From Diplonema japonicum (lineage: Eukaryota > Protista > Euglenozoa: Diplonemea), in assembly GCA_964019335.1 (NCBI GenBank), contig OZ025741.1:322391-386390 (forward strand): a stretch of 64,000 nucleotides of DNA, in the 5' to 3' direction. The notes beneath the pieces are model-generated. The model saw only the letters and a program-made list of their open reading frames with translations. It had not been told where the DNA came from and made no database searches. Position numbers and translations under genes: made by a program. Shown here piece by piece: positions 34,571 to 47,716 of this stretch. How positions within the stretch are numbered: position 1 is the first letter of the stretch; each line of letters begins with the position of its first letter.

Positions 34571-36224
34571 CCCTTATGCGGCCGGGGGGGTCTAATTGAT
34601 TTTTGGATATTCTTGATTTTGGTCCCTTGTTGGCATGGATCGAACATGCTGAAGGCTTGGGGTTATTTATATTTGATTCGAGGTACGCATTTGAAAGATA
34701 TTTGAAATCTGCGTTCATTCCACTAAGTATTTTGTCGTCTCGGCCCATAGGAAGCTAATGCTCGAGGGTCATAAGTAAGTGGGTCTACAACAGTGATTTC
34801 AGTCTGAACAGCACCCAGAAATCGACCTATCCTGTGACTATTCTGCCTCTGTCCTTGTACATTTGCATCAGGCCGTCACATCTTACATCGCAAAACAAAG
34901 ATCTTGAATATCTGCGTTCATTCCACTATATATTTAGTGCTTTCGAGCCATGGAGGTCATTGATCAGATGTCGCGAGACCGTTGCCCAAACTGGGGTCCA
35001 TTTGCTATTTCCTGGAAATTATGCAAAAACGTTGCTGAGAGGTCTTCCGACTGGTCGGGGGAGTAAGCGGGTCTCTATGGAGGTGTCGTCCTCGAACCGG
35101 TAGTTCCTCATAGAGTGGAAGCATCGGTCGAAGCATTCGACGGCACACATATGAACATTGCAAGTCTCACATATAAAGTTAGTCTGCTTGTGGTTGATGC
35201 GAACTTTGCAGGTTGACCGGGTTGAGCTACGCTTCAAACAATCCAAGGTTTGCTTAAGCGCAGATCGTCGTTGGGCAAGTTGTCCCGGTTTGCCTCGAAG
35301 GCTTGGGTTCTGGATAGGGTTCTGGCTTTGATTCTGGCTCCGGTTCTGGCTCGGGGTTGCTGGTCTCACTTTCTCACTCAAATATTAGTTGACTAGCCAG
35401 GTTTCGACGGAACAGGCGAGGACCCTTTTTTCGCAACTCAAGGGTTGGGTGTTCTTTGTTCCTTAGGATGCACGCATTGATAATTGTTACACCAAGCATG
35501 TTATGAAACACTTTCGTGTACCACCGTTTCGATTTAAACTCTCTTCGGAATCTGGCAAGCCCTGCATCGCAGAGGTCGGCACCCCCCATGTGCCTATTAT
35601 AGAGATCAGCAAGATACGGGCGTTCGTATGTGACCTTTCGTCCGAGGGATTATCGAAACGTGTTCTTGAAACTGTTGCTTCGTCTACAGGTAAAGTAGAT
35701 AAAGGGCGCACGTCTCGGCTGTCCGACCAAGCAAGGTAGACCAGACCAGACTTGTTCTGATATGTCATGCTACCTGCTTCCATGGCACTCACGTCGGGCG
35801 GACCCCTCCGGTTTTTTCGGACCGTTCCACAGCGGTGTATTCCCACTTCTCTCATCTCGCGGAAGAGCTGAACACTGCTATACCAATTGTAATGCAATAA
35901 GTGGTAACCTTTGTCCTCATATGCAGAGAGGAGCTTTCTTAACAACAGCCTTCGGTGTTTCCCTGCAGGTGTCGACCCCTGCACTTCGTACCCATCATGT
36001 CGAGGCAGTACTGTGATGGAGGCTTCCTCTTCTTCAATATCTTCCTCTTCCTGTGTCTCGTCATCACTAAACAGGTCCGTAAATAGCGCATTTAACGCAG
36101 ATTTTAAATATCTTTCCATTCCATCTTTTTTTCCATGAAAACCGGTCCAAGACTTTGGTTTGAATGGACCCGAGAAAACTACACCTATTATCTACTCAAA
36201 TATGAGTAGTTGGCCGCATAAGGG
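34571..36224 (-). mobile_element. piggyBac element (1654 bp) with decayed transposase
   Basis: TTAA|CCCTTATGCGGCC ... GGCCGCATAAGGG|TTAA; frameshifted fragments NWYSS..GTVRKNR, MGGADLCD..WYTKVF and a C-terminal Cys-rich region. Confidence 0.95.
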
Positions 36225-36622
36225 TTAAAAAAGCTGCGAAAGTTTTTTTGCTCGGCACAAGTTGCATATAGTTATAAAATCATTTTTTTTTTTGAAAGAT
36301 AAATATTTGTAACAAAAAAGAATTTTTTTTTTGAAAAAGGCGAGTAAGAGGCAAGAGGAGGGGAGATCATGTACTTTAAGGAAGAAAAAAAAAACCCGTT
36401 CAAACCGTGATCTTTCTGTCTAGTCCAGCACTTTTTTTTTTTTTGGATTTTTCTTTTTTTGGTAAACTATGTTGGATCCTGTGTACGAAACAGGGGGAGC
36501 TCTCTTCTTTGAGAATAGGGGGGGGGGGGGGGGGGGGGGGTCACACATGGTAGTGGTAAAATGGGTTTTTTTTTTCAATTTCGCCAGTGCAGAGTACTGG
36601 AGCCACCTAGTCCATGTGATGC

Positions 36623-36994
36623 ACCCTTTTTTGACCAAAAAATCGTTTTCCGCTCGATTCTGGGCACTTTTGAGCACCTGCGAGGCATTACTTGCATTTT
36701 TTAAAAAGGTGACCACAGTTTGGTACCAGGCCTGTTGTCTCCCCTGTATTATTGATTTTTTTTTCTGTGTTTTCTAAAAAATTTAGAATTTGACATGGTT
36801 TGTACCTCCCTTTGAGCGCGGCTCTTTAGGAGATGGTATAATAGGAAAGGATGGTAAGTTTGTTTTTGCAAAGATTTCAGGTACCAAACCGTGGTCGCTG
36901 TTTTCAAAAAATACAAGTAAAGCATTAACAAGTGCTCAGAAGTGCCCTGATCTGGCAGATTTTGATTTTTTTTTTGGGGTCATTTTAGAGGGTT
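36623..36994. mobile_element. Foldback or MITE with ~100-bp imperfect inverted arms
   Basis: 36632-36727 (GGGCACTTTTGAGCAC..GACCACAGTTTGGTACC) is roughly the reverse complement of 36879-36982. Confidence 0.7.
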
Positions 36995-37000
36995 TTGGGT

Positions 37001-37039
<39 letters not shown>

Positions 37040-37104
37040 TAGAAAAGTCTTTTCTTTTCGAAAACTTTTTTCCCCCCCCCACTCTTACCACGTTTTTAAG
37101 GGGC

Positions 37105-37263
37105 CCTAGGGTTGGCAAGAAACGGGGAAACGTTTCAGTTATCTGTTTTCCTTATTATTTATTTTTTTTTTTTAAAAGGAAACGGCCCCAAACAATAAGA
37201 AAACGTTTCCGCTTCCGTGTTTTCAAAGAAAAGCTTAGAAACACGTTTCCCTGCCAACATAAC
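37105..37263. mobile_element. MITE, degraded copy of the 60891-61109 family
   Basis: GTTGGCAAGAAACGGGGAAACGTTTC ... CGTTTCCCTGCCAACATAAC. Confidence 0.7.
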
Positions 37264-37273
37264 GTCCCTCCGG

Positions 37274-37310
<37 letters not shown>

Positions 37311-38144
37311 CGTTTTATAATATTCATTACCGGCTTTGGACTTAAAACGTTTAAAGAAGAAAAGATAAAAAGTTCCAAAAATCCGAAATATTTCTCAGAA
37401 TCCGAAATATTCGCTGTTTGTTCCATATTTTATTTGTTCCAAAATTAAAATCTCGTATTCCTTTTTAAGTTCTGTTCTTTTCTTTTTTTTTTTTTTCTTT
37501 TTTTTTTCCTTTTCTTTTTCTTTTTCTTTTTCTTTTTTTTTTTCTCTTGGTTTTCGATCGAAAAAAGTTGCATAATTTATCCCGTTTTCAAACATTTTCC
37601 GGATTTTTATTCCAAATAAGCATAAATTTTACACCATCGAACGACCGAATTCTTTTGTACGAGGGCCCCGCAGTCAGCATTCGGCTCGTCGGGCGGTAAA
37701 TTGGTTTTGTTTTCTTTTTCGTCATTTTAAAAGTTCACTCACAGTACTTGACCAGATTGCTATTCCACCGGGCAACACAAAACTATTGGTCGAAACAATG
37801 GCATTTTCAAGGACTTCTAGTTCAATTCTCGGGAGAATCGAATTTTTATATTATAATATATGTGAGTGACGAAAATGACGAAAGAATGTATAAGAAAAAA
37901 AAAAAAAAAAAAAAGAAAAAAAAAAGGGGGGAGGGGAGAAAACTGCCCTACTCCACGCAACTGCAAGAGGGAGAAAAAAGTTCGGGGAAAAAAAAAAGTT
38001 CAAGAAGAATGACTTTGGTTGCTTATAAAACCGCCTGCGTTCAAACAACTGCAGGCGCAGTCTACAGGTCACAAGGGGCGCACCTCCCGGCCGAGCAGTA
38101 GCATCTTCCTGCGAAAAAAAAAGAAAGAACTCGATCTATTTTTA

Positions 38145-38382
38145 TTATATCTGTTCCATGTCCCCAGTGCCCACACTCTTCCTCGGCTTGTACAACTTAT
38201 CCTGGCTTGCCCCGAGGACACGCCCGTACTCTAAATAGATACCTACAGCAGCGACTTCCCTGAGAAGGGGCGGCACCCATGTTCCCGTCACCGGAACCAC
38301 ATCAGGCAGCAAGTACTTCGCAACGCCCTCCAAGACAACGTAAAGCAAGTACGAATAACACAAACCCTTCGTTAATTTCTGT

Positions 38383-38459
<77 letters not shown>

Positions 38460-39377
38460 GTCACACACGAGAATATCCACCCCGTTTTCCAACCCAGTAT
38501 CACCGTCATCTATGTTCTTGTTGACCACTTTACACGTTCTTGTTACGACCCCTATCACCAGCAATATCAACACCACCCGGCTTCCTATCCAAGTTCCGGG
38601 GCATTCCATCACCAGCAAGGGAACAACTACAGCAAGTGAAACTTTGTCCCACGTGCCCAAAGGTTTAACACACCGCCAACCAGACCCAAGAAGAACCATG
38701 AGAACAGAAATGTAGATCTCGGACGAAACGGAAAAAATGCGAGCAAGGGGGATATTTCGCTCCTCCGGATGGAGGGTATAGTATCCGCTGAACAAGCAGG
38801 TGTAACATTGAAGAACAATCCCCAACACAAAAAGGATGCCGAGAACGGATCGATCAGGTTTCCGGAAGAGACCGAAACCTAAGTATCCGACCGTGAGGGC
38901 AGCGTAAATGATAGGAAGATGTTGGTCACCAATTTGGGCAAAGCTGCGTCCGGTAGTGGTGTTCTGGTACTGGGTGACATTGAGGCGCAGGTTGACCTCT
39001 GTCAGTTCAAACCGATCACAGCTGCGCACCATTAAGGCCCAGAACCCTGCAGTGGGAACACTAGCTTTTCCCGAATGGTCGAGGGGGATTTTTATGATTT
39101 TCTCGGAGTTTTTGTATTGTCCCTTGCAGACCGCTTCATCGTGGTCGCCATCGCCCTCTCCCGTGCTTCTTACTTTCTTTAAATATACCGCAAAGTCCAC
39201 CGCCGGTGAACTGTTTTCAACCAGGGCGACTTCGCAGATTCCAGACGCCCCGTAGCCGTACGTGGTGAGCTTTGCCCACATTTTCTTGTTCTTCCCCAGT
39301 GCAGGTACATCTACGTGGACCCCTCCAGCCGAGGCGGCCAGCAGCAGTATTGTGAAAATACACATTAATATTGTCAT
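38145..39377 (-). CDS. Divergent GOST/GPR107-like paralogue; intron 38468-38379
   Basis: Signal peptide; YGYGASGICEV, IGDQHLP and LGSGWRCVKP..DK parallel the motifs of the 32821-34428 gene; the poly-Lys run is an intronic poly(A). Confidence 0.72.
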
Positions 39378-40127
39378 TTTGTTTAAAAAAAAAATTTTTT
39401 TTTACCCTTCCCTCCCCTCGACCTCTCCCCCCCCCCCCCCCCCCACACACACACCCCTCCTCGTTCCTGTTTTTTTTTCTTTTTTCCCTTCTCCTTCCCT
39501 GTACGCTTTTTTTTTGGGGGGAAAAAAAGACAACAAAACAATCCGGAGGGGGGGAGGGAGGTGGTGGTGGGAACAAAAGAACAGGAAAAGGTTTCCCCTC
39601 CCTTTTTTTTTTTCTTCTTTTTTTTTTTTCTCTTCTTCTTCTTTTCCATAAAGCGGCCTAAGATGCGCTGTATCGTGGAGGGGGGTGAGCAAATGGTCTA
39701 AAAAAGTAAAGAAAAGCAAATGAGAAGTACGAAAAAACTCCTCTTTTCTCGACACGTTGAAGAAAGCAAAGAAAAAAAAAGAGAAAAAAAACAGCGACTA
39801 GTACACAGGAGGGGGGGGGGGGGGGGGGGGGTGTATTCCCTTATTACAATATGAGGTTTGAACGCACCTGGATCACAAACTCCCAAATTTATTTTCTTTC
39901 TATGCTATTGGAACTGGCCCTACACAACAGGGAGAAAAAAAAAAGAAGAAAGAAAGGGGGGAAAAAAAAAGAAAAAAAAAACCACAGCACCACCCACCGA
40001 GGGAAAAGAAATACTGAAATATATTCGGGAAACTGTGAACGTGAAGAAAAAAAAAACCCTCCCTGACGAATATATAGCCGTCATCCCCACTTTTTTATTC
40101 TTTTTTTTTTCTTTTTTGCGGAATCTC

Positions 40128-40158
<31 letters not shown>

Positions 40159-40159
40159 A

Positions 40160-40199
40160 TTACTCAGCATCGTCGATTGGGTTGCCGCTATAATGCTGC

Positions 40200-40245
<46 letters not shown>

Positions 40246-41245
40246 CCTCCACCCTCTCACAAACCTGCAAACAATCATAAAACTCAATCTCATGCACACG
40301 CACAAACTCGGACTTAATAAAGTAAACGAAATGGCACAACGCCACCCCGTGCAGCAATATTGTCAGGTCCAGCCACGACAGGAAATAGAGCGGACACGGC
40401 TTCCAAGAAATCGCAGCTGACAAAACATACTTAGATAAAATGTGGAAAGGGATCACCGAGGGGATGTCGAGCACCGTCCCCAAGAACAACGCGAACCTCG
40501 AGGCCCTAGTAGGTGCCGCCACGTGTTGGTTCGGGTGCATGCAGATGACACCCAACAACGCATATAAAGGAAGCCGTTGCAGCCCAATGGACCCTAACAG
40601 AATCCAGTAAGGATCATCATACCCAAGATCTCCGTCAGGTAGGTTGGGCACGGCGAACCACGCACAAACAGTGTGGATCATCGCGAGAAGAGCGAAAAAA
40701 AACTCGGGTGACAAGAAAAACGAAACAAACGATGGTTTCTTTTGATCCAAATCCCCATCATCGCCCTCCTCGGGCATAGGATAAATCATCGATTTATAAT
40801 AGTACTGGTGGTACAGAGACAGAGTAAGAAAGAAATCTGTCACAGCGTGCATAGACCATGCTGCGAACTGTAATGAGGCGATGCTCTGTTTGTCGTTGTG
40901 GAGGCTGTTGGCACCGAAGACGATGGACTCGAGGACACCCCTTACACCACAGCACACGAAGAATATTATCCAGTAGCTGTTCGAAACGCTTCGCTGGTCG
41001 CCTACATCTACCCTCCAGTCCCCTTGTGGGGTTTCTATGTCGCCGCCGAGCCACCATTTCAGGTAGTTGTAGCGGACGACGACGACCACTGCGATCACGA
41101 AGGCCAGTACCGAAAAGATGGAGCAGAGCATGGTGGTGGAGGGGTAGTCCAGCGTGTCCGAGCTGGACTCCGGGCACCTTGTGAGCCCCATGTTGTCGGA
41201 GAGGAGGCCTGCCCCGCTCCCCGTTAGGTTTGCGAGAGATGTCAT
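40160..41245 (-). CDS. Multi-pass (~7 TM) membrane protein of unknown function; intron 40264-40196
   Basis: ATG at 41245 (MTSLAN); about seven hydrophobic segments; coding-like composition. Confidence 0.7.
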
Positions 41246-41468
41246 TTTTTTTTTTCTTTTTTTTTTTTTTTTCTTGTTCCTCCCCCAACCCCCTCCCCCA
41301 CCACCCCCTCCACCCCCTTTTTTTTTTCCCCCAAGTAAAAATTGTATGGGAAAAAAAAAAAAAAAAAAAAAAGGAGTCCACGCGCTATGTCCTACAAATG
41401 GCACGCTCGAAGGGGAAGGGTCGAAAAAAGAAAACGTTCGCCGGTGGGGAAAAAAAAAAAGATAATTT

Positions 41469-41496
<28 letters not shown>

Positions 41497-41502
<6 letters not shown>

Positions 41503-42033
41503 CGCCCCAGGCAGGACGTACATGTGGTCCGAGTCGTCTTCAGCGTGGAACTCGAGGTTGATGCCGTCGCAGATGCAGGTCATGCGCTGCGTGGTGGGGG
41601 TCGACTCGCAGGAAGGGGAGCCCATCCACCAGTTGTTGTGTACAGAGTAGTGCCCTTGAGCGATCCGGAAATCGTGGCAGACAGCCTTTTGGCCGCTGGC
41701 GAACGCCACGGTGAGATTCCCGAAAATCGCGAAATTGAGATCATGGGGCAGGGCATCGAAGGCGTGCATTGTGACCAAGACATTCACCAGAGATAAGCCA
41801 TCCACAAAGGCCGCGGATACGGGCACAGAATTGTGCCTCCCGGCCTTTACAAGAATCGAGGACCCGGACTCTGTCACACCCCCCCACGGCTGCCCAGAGG
41901 TGATGCTGTGCCTTGCGAGGCTGTAGTTCACCGTCAGGGACTGGTTCGAGTCGAAGTACACGTAGTTGTCCTTGATGTCTTCACCAAGGACCGCCGTGGC
42001 GGCAACCGCCAGAAACATGCCCATTTTCATCAT
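41497..42033 (-). CDS. Secreted hypothetical protein (178 aa)
   Basis: Signal peptide MGMFLAVAATAVLG; GC-rich coding-like ORF; motif LNFAIFG..IAQGH..NNWWMG. Confidence 0.75.
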
Positions 42034-42138
42034 TTTGTCAATCCCCTTTGCTTTCGGTTTTATGAAGAATATGGAGGGAATATAAAGTTCTTTTTAAAAA
42101 AAAAAAAAATAAAAATAAAACGCATTCACATTTCGTAA

Positions 42139-42169
<31 letters not shown>

Positions 42170-42705
42170 CTTTCTTTCTTTTTTTTTTCTGCTTGATATG
42201 AAGCGCAAATAATTCTAATAAAAAAGCGGGGGGTTCTTTTTTTTTGGGGGGGGGAAGGATAAAAAAGGGAGGGAGAGAGAAGAGTCAGGCAGGGACATGA
42301 GAGAGGTCTCTTTTTTTTTTTTTTTAAATAAAGCCCACTGACGTAGCGGGCTGAGTATTAGGTTTTTTTTTTAAAAAAATGAGGGGGGAAGGCAAGGCAG
42401 ACCCTCTTCCTCCCTCCCCCTGCTCAAGGGGGGAAGACATTTTCTATTTTCCCCCACTCAAAAAAAAAAAGAAAAACAAAATAATGGAAAACCTTGCGCC
42501 CTTACCTGTTAGAATAAAAAGAAAAGAAAGCAAAGTAAAGCACCTTCTCTCTTTGTCACCACTCTTTCTCGTTTTCCTATCCCCTCTTTCTTTTTTCTTT
42601 TTTTTTTTTTTTTTCCTTCCTTTTTTCTGAACGAAATGATAAATCAGGGAGGGGTAAGAAGGGACAGATAAAAAAAACACACTTTTTTTCTTCTATTCTC
42701 CATGC

Positions 42706-45700
42706 TTAGGGGCTTGGCCCTGCACCCCATGTCCCCCCGCCCGGTGCGAAGGGTGTGGGAGCCATATCGGAGCGCCCAAAGGCGGGAGTAGGTGTGACGG
42801 GTGTAGGAGTGCTTGCGCCCACCACAAGGTTTGGTGTTGCAGCAGGGATAGGCACACCGGGTTGCACCACTACCTGAAAGCTCTGGCCCACGTGCTTGAA
42901 GGCCTCTTTGATCTCAGCAGAGCTGTTGACAGGCATGCCTGCGATGGAGATAATTTTCATGCCGGGGGCAAGGCCCGCGCGGTCACCTGCGCCCCCTCTC
43001 TTGCACACCGCAACCACTCCATTCGTGTCTTTCTGTTGTATTTTTGTGTCAAGTGTTGTACTGCATACCACCCCGAGCTTCTCTGCCGGAGATGTCTTTG
43101 TCACTGTGAGCACCTGCTGCCCACCTGCTGCAGGCGCTGGCTGGGCTCCAAATCCTGAAGTGCCGAGGCCTCCGAAAGCGGGTGCCGAAGACGACACACC
43201 AAAGCCACCGGTCGCAGCACCGAATGCAGGCGCACTAGATGCGGCACCGAACCCACCTGAGCTAGCTGCGCCAAATGCGGGGGCAGAGCTCGCTGCCCCG
43301 AAGCCGCTGCTCGAAGTTGCACTGCCCATCGCACCAAAGCCACCTGCACCTGTACCCGCACCTGTACCTGCACCGAAAGCAGGTGCCGCAGAAGAGCTGC
43401 TTGAAGCGCCGAACGCGCCGAAACCAGAAGATGAGGTGCTTGTCCCTGATGCTGGGGCAGTGGAGGAGCTGGATGCCCCAAAGCCACCGAAGGCTGGAGT
43501 TGCTGAGGAGCTTGCGGCAGTGAAGGCGCCTGTCGCGGGTTGCTGGAATGAGATGCCTCCAGCGGAGATAGAGGGACCTGGGTCCTTGGAGAAGGTAGAG
43601 GGGTCGATTTCCAGCTCAAGGTTCTGCCCTGCGGCCTTCAAAGCCGCCTGAAGCTCTGCAGAAGTCGTGACAGAGACGCCCGACACCTTGGTGATCTTCA
43701 TCCCCACCTTGGCACCGCAGCGCTCGGCAGCGCCACGCGGCTGGAGCTTCACGATGACGCACGCCTCGTCCTTGATGCCCACCTTGTCTGTGGGCTGCTT
43801 GGTGATGGTGATGGTGGGCGCGGACAGCGACACTGCAGGGACAGTGGCAGGTGCAGCAGCAGGTGCTGCGAAGAGGGAAGGAGGAGCGGCGGCAGCGTCC
43901 ATCGCGTCTGGCTCCTTTTTGATAGGCTCCGGGGCAGCGATCTTGATCTTAGGAGGCGCGGGTGCGAGCTCCGCCTGCACGGTCTTCAAGAGCCCTGCGA
44001 TGGTGATGACGGTATCGGGGTCGGGGTCGAAAACAGACAGGTCGACTCTGCTGTACACCAGATCAGAGATATTACCGGTTGTAAGGCCTGCTTCTCTGCA
44101 GACCGCCGACAGCTTGCTGTAGCTGTCCGTCATACCGTCCACGGCACTGTACTGCGCGGTTTCCATGCGGCCAGGCGCGACCCACTTCTTCCTCACAACA
44201 GCGGAAGAAGGTGCTACAGACATCTCCCTCGCCATGCTCTTCCCCTCCCGCATTCCCATGTTCTGCGTTGCAGGCACAGTCGGCTCAGGCTCCTCGTCCT
44301 CATCCTGCACATCAACGTCGTCCTTCGCAAGGCTGTAGCTTTCAAGTACTATGAACAGCCTGTTGACCTCTCCGTAGTTGAAGCCTATCCGCAGCAGGTC
44401 TTTCTTGCTGAGAGAGCGCAGAGTGCTGTCATCTGTCACGCCGTTGACAGCCAGTGTCTCGCTGAGGTGCCCCAGGCCTGCCTCGTTGAGGATCTCCATG
44501 CACGTGCTGGCCATCCGGAGGGCGGGCTTCGCACCAGCGTCGACCATGGGCATCGTGTCGTTTGAGGACACAGACGCGCTGTCCTTCGTGAAGGACCGCA
44601 GCGACACGTGGATGCTGCCGAGCTTCCGCGACAGGGACGACGTAAGAGGGCGAGAGGGTTGTGTAGGTGCTGCGGGTGCTGGTGTCGGTGCAGGGTGTGT
44701 CTGTTGTTTTTTTTTCCCCCTCTTTTCCCCATCGTACTAGCCATACCATAGTCTGCGGCAGAGCAGGTGGTGGTGACAACACCTGATCCGCAAGTGCTTC
44801 CTGTGATGTGATATGTTGCGTGCCTTGCATTGCATTGCATACCCCGAACACGTCTGGCGGTGCTCCACACGGGATGTTCATGAGAGTAGCAGTGGCATGG
44901 GAGGTACGGAGCTTCTCTTGCTGCATCTTGAGGCTTTGCAGCTGTGTCTCGATGCCTTTAGCACGCACGAAGAGGCTGTCGGCACGCTTGCTGTTGATCT
45001 GGTGCCTGGACGCCTCGCTTGACAGAGTTGCTAGGTGTGTGCTGATGCTCGAGACAAGCGACTCGATCTTCTTCTTCTGCACAATGATGTGTGGTGCATG
45101 CTGCTCGAGGGCAGCATCGTCCAAGGCGGGTGCAGCCAGAGCTGACAGCTTCATTTGCTCGTTCAGCCCGGCAATGCCCAGCCGCAGGTCTTCGCATGCG
45201 ATTTCGGAGCGCAGCACGATCTTCTTCAGTTCGTTCTCCCTGTCGCTGCTGACAGCCTTGGGAAGCACTTCTGTCTTGAAGTGGTCCAGCTCCTCCTCGT
45301 TCTGCTTCACTGTCTCCTGGCACTTCTCTACACGGTTCTTCATGCGGTGCATGTCGGCGTGCAGGGCGCCGAGCTTTTCTTTGCTCTCGTCGTTCAGGTC
45401 CTTCCCCTTCGTTGTCTTGTCCTTCGGCAGGGGGATCGAGCTGATCTCGTGGAGTCGCCTTACGGGCAGCGGCACGTTGTCCTCTCCGTCGCGCTTGGTC
45501 TCCTCCAGTTCCATCTGCGCTTTTGCATTTTCAACGCGCAGCGCCTCCGTCCGTGCGTTTGATATCTCCAACGCCTGCTTCAGCTCCTCCAGCAGCATGT
45601 CGGATCCGCAGTCGCTATCGCTGTCAGTGCTGTAGCTCTCCGTCTCGTCTGTGTCTGCGGTGTCGAGGGGCTCCACAGGGCGGATCGCAGCTGCCATGTC

Positions 45701-47716
45701 CAGAATGGAGTTCTGTTTTTGATTTTCTTTATTTCCCCCCCAACATACCATGATTCGTTCATTCTCAGCAGACAGCACAGACTCAACTGGTGCCACAGTC
45801 GCTGGCGAAACAATTATAGGCACTGTGGGTGTGGTATGGTCAACCACAGGCACCGTAGGAGGGAGCGGCGCAGCAGGTGGTGTGGGGACCGTATCGGCAA
45901 CAGGAGCAGCACGGGTCTCGGCAACAGGAGCAGCACGAGTAGGCACCGTAGGAGGGAGTGTGGGAACGTCTTCCACAACAGGAGCCACCGTTTCCGTCGG
46001 GACGGGAATGGGGGAAACAATGGTACTCTTATCCTGTTAAAAAAAAAAAATTAAAATAACGCAACATATAAAAGGGCATCATACCGCCAAGCTAGAGAAC
46101 AACAACGACTGGTCCTCCTTCTTTACCTCTTCCTTCTTTTCTTCCTCCTTCTCCTTCTTTACCTCTTCCTTCTCCTCTTCCTTCTCCTTCTTTTCTTCTT
46201 CCTTCGAGCCGCCATCGATCTCAATGTCAAACTTGTCGCCGCAGCCCGCAAGTGCTTCCTTCACCTCTGCAGAAGTGCTGACAGGGATTCCGCCGATCTT
46301 TGTCATGGTCATGCCGGTCTTGACGCCAGCTTTCTCCGCAACGCCGTTGGGCTGCAGCTTAACCACCAACCCGTCGGTGTCCTTGATGCCAACCTTCTGC
46401 GTAGAAAGCTTCTCAATGCGCAAGACACAAGGGCTGGACATCAACTCGCGCTCTAGTGGGGGCGGGGTGGCAGGGACAACATTTTTAAGTGCTTCCACCT
46501 CAACCGCCGTGACCTCAGGTTTAACATCACGATACATACCAACCCCAAGTGGCCCGTTTTTGAATACAAAGTTATCCATATCCTTGCGCTCAGTGCAATG
46601 CTTGAAGTCATCTGTATCCACAGGCTGCGAGGGGGCAGGGGTCTGGGGCTCCAAGAAGGGTACGGCTTTAAACCCTTGCGCTACCTTGTCGACTGCACTG
46701 TCCTCTTTCCTCTCGTCTTCTTCCTTCTTCACTTCTGCGGGCGGCTTGAACGCTGGAAAGGTGTACGTTTTCTCGGTTTCTTTTACGATGGGCTCCTTCG
46801 CAGGGGGCTCCTTTTCCTCTTCTTCTTCTTCTTCTTCCTGTTCCTCTCCTTGGATTTTTTCGTATTCTTCAGGGCATTCTTCTTCTTCGCCTTCCACCTT
46901 TTCCCAATCCTCTTCTTCTTCCACCTCCTCCTCCCAATCCGGTTCCTCTGACCAGTCCTTGCTGTCGAAGGTGGCTTCATCTTCTGGATCTTGTTTTATG
47001 ATTTCTTGTATGACTCGCTCGCTGTCACCAGCAAATGGGTTGTATGCACCCGTTGTGTCTTGTTGTGTGAAGAAGGTTGAGGTGGGTTTTGGTGCAGAGG
47101 AAGAGGTGAAGGGGTTCATGACAGGTGACGGGTTTCCAGTCGTTTGGAAGGGGTTCATGCCAGATGAAAGGTTTCCAGTCGTTTGGAAGGGGTTACTTAC
47201 TTTTGCGGGTTCGGCATCCGCAGATGTGAACACGGAGTCAGGTTTTGGGAAGGGGTTGGCGGGCTCTACTTTTGCAGGTTCAGCAGGAGTGGGCATGGAG
47301 CCTTGGAAGGGGTTCGTGTCAGAGGAAGCGTTTCCAGTCGTTTGGAAGGGGTTATTTACTTTTGCAGGTTCGGCATCCGCAGATGTGAACACGGAGTCAG
47401 GCTCTACTTTTGCAGGTTCAGCAGGGGTGGGCGCGGAGTCTTGGAAGGGGTTCTTGGTGGGCTCGGCACTGTTTGTTTCAAATGGGTTCCCTGAATTAGT
47501 TGTCGCTGCTGGTGTTGAAGCGAAGAACCCAGCACCATCCCCTGATGGCTTGTGGCCCGCGTCCCCAAATGGGTTGCTCATTGCTACGTTGGTATCCCGC
47601 ACACCAGACGAGCCAAAAATATCGGTCGTGTTTGCTGCTTTTTGGTTGTTAATTTTGTCGTTTTCTGTGCTGCTGAAGGGTCCCCCTGAGCCACTGAAGG
47701 GATTATTTGGATCCAT
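42706..47716 (-). CDS. ~1637-aa scaffold: NPF repeats, acidic region, PDZ, coiled coil, SAM, PDZ, FG repeats, PDZ; exons 47716-46085, 46033-44747, 44700-42706
   Basis: Three track ORFs joined by phase-0 GT-AG introns 46084-46034 and 44746-44701. PDZ-like KVGIKD..VVKLQP.G.AE..G.K.GM; SAM-like LNEAGLGHLSETLAVNGV..LRSLSKKDLLRIGF. Confidence 0.75.
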
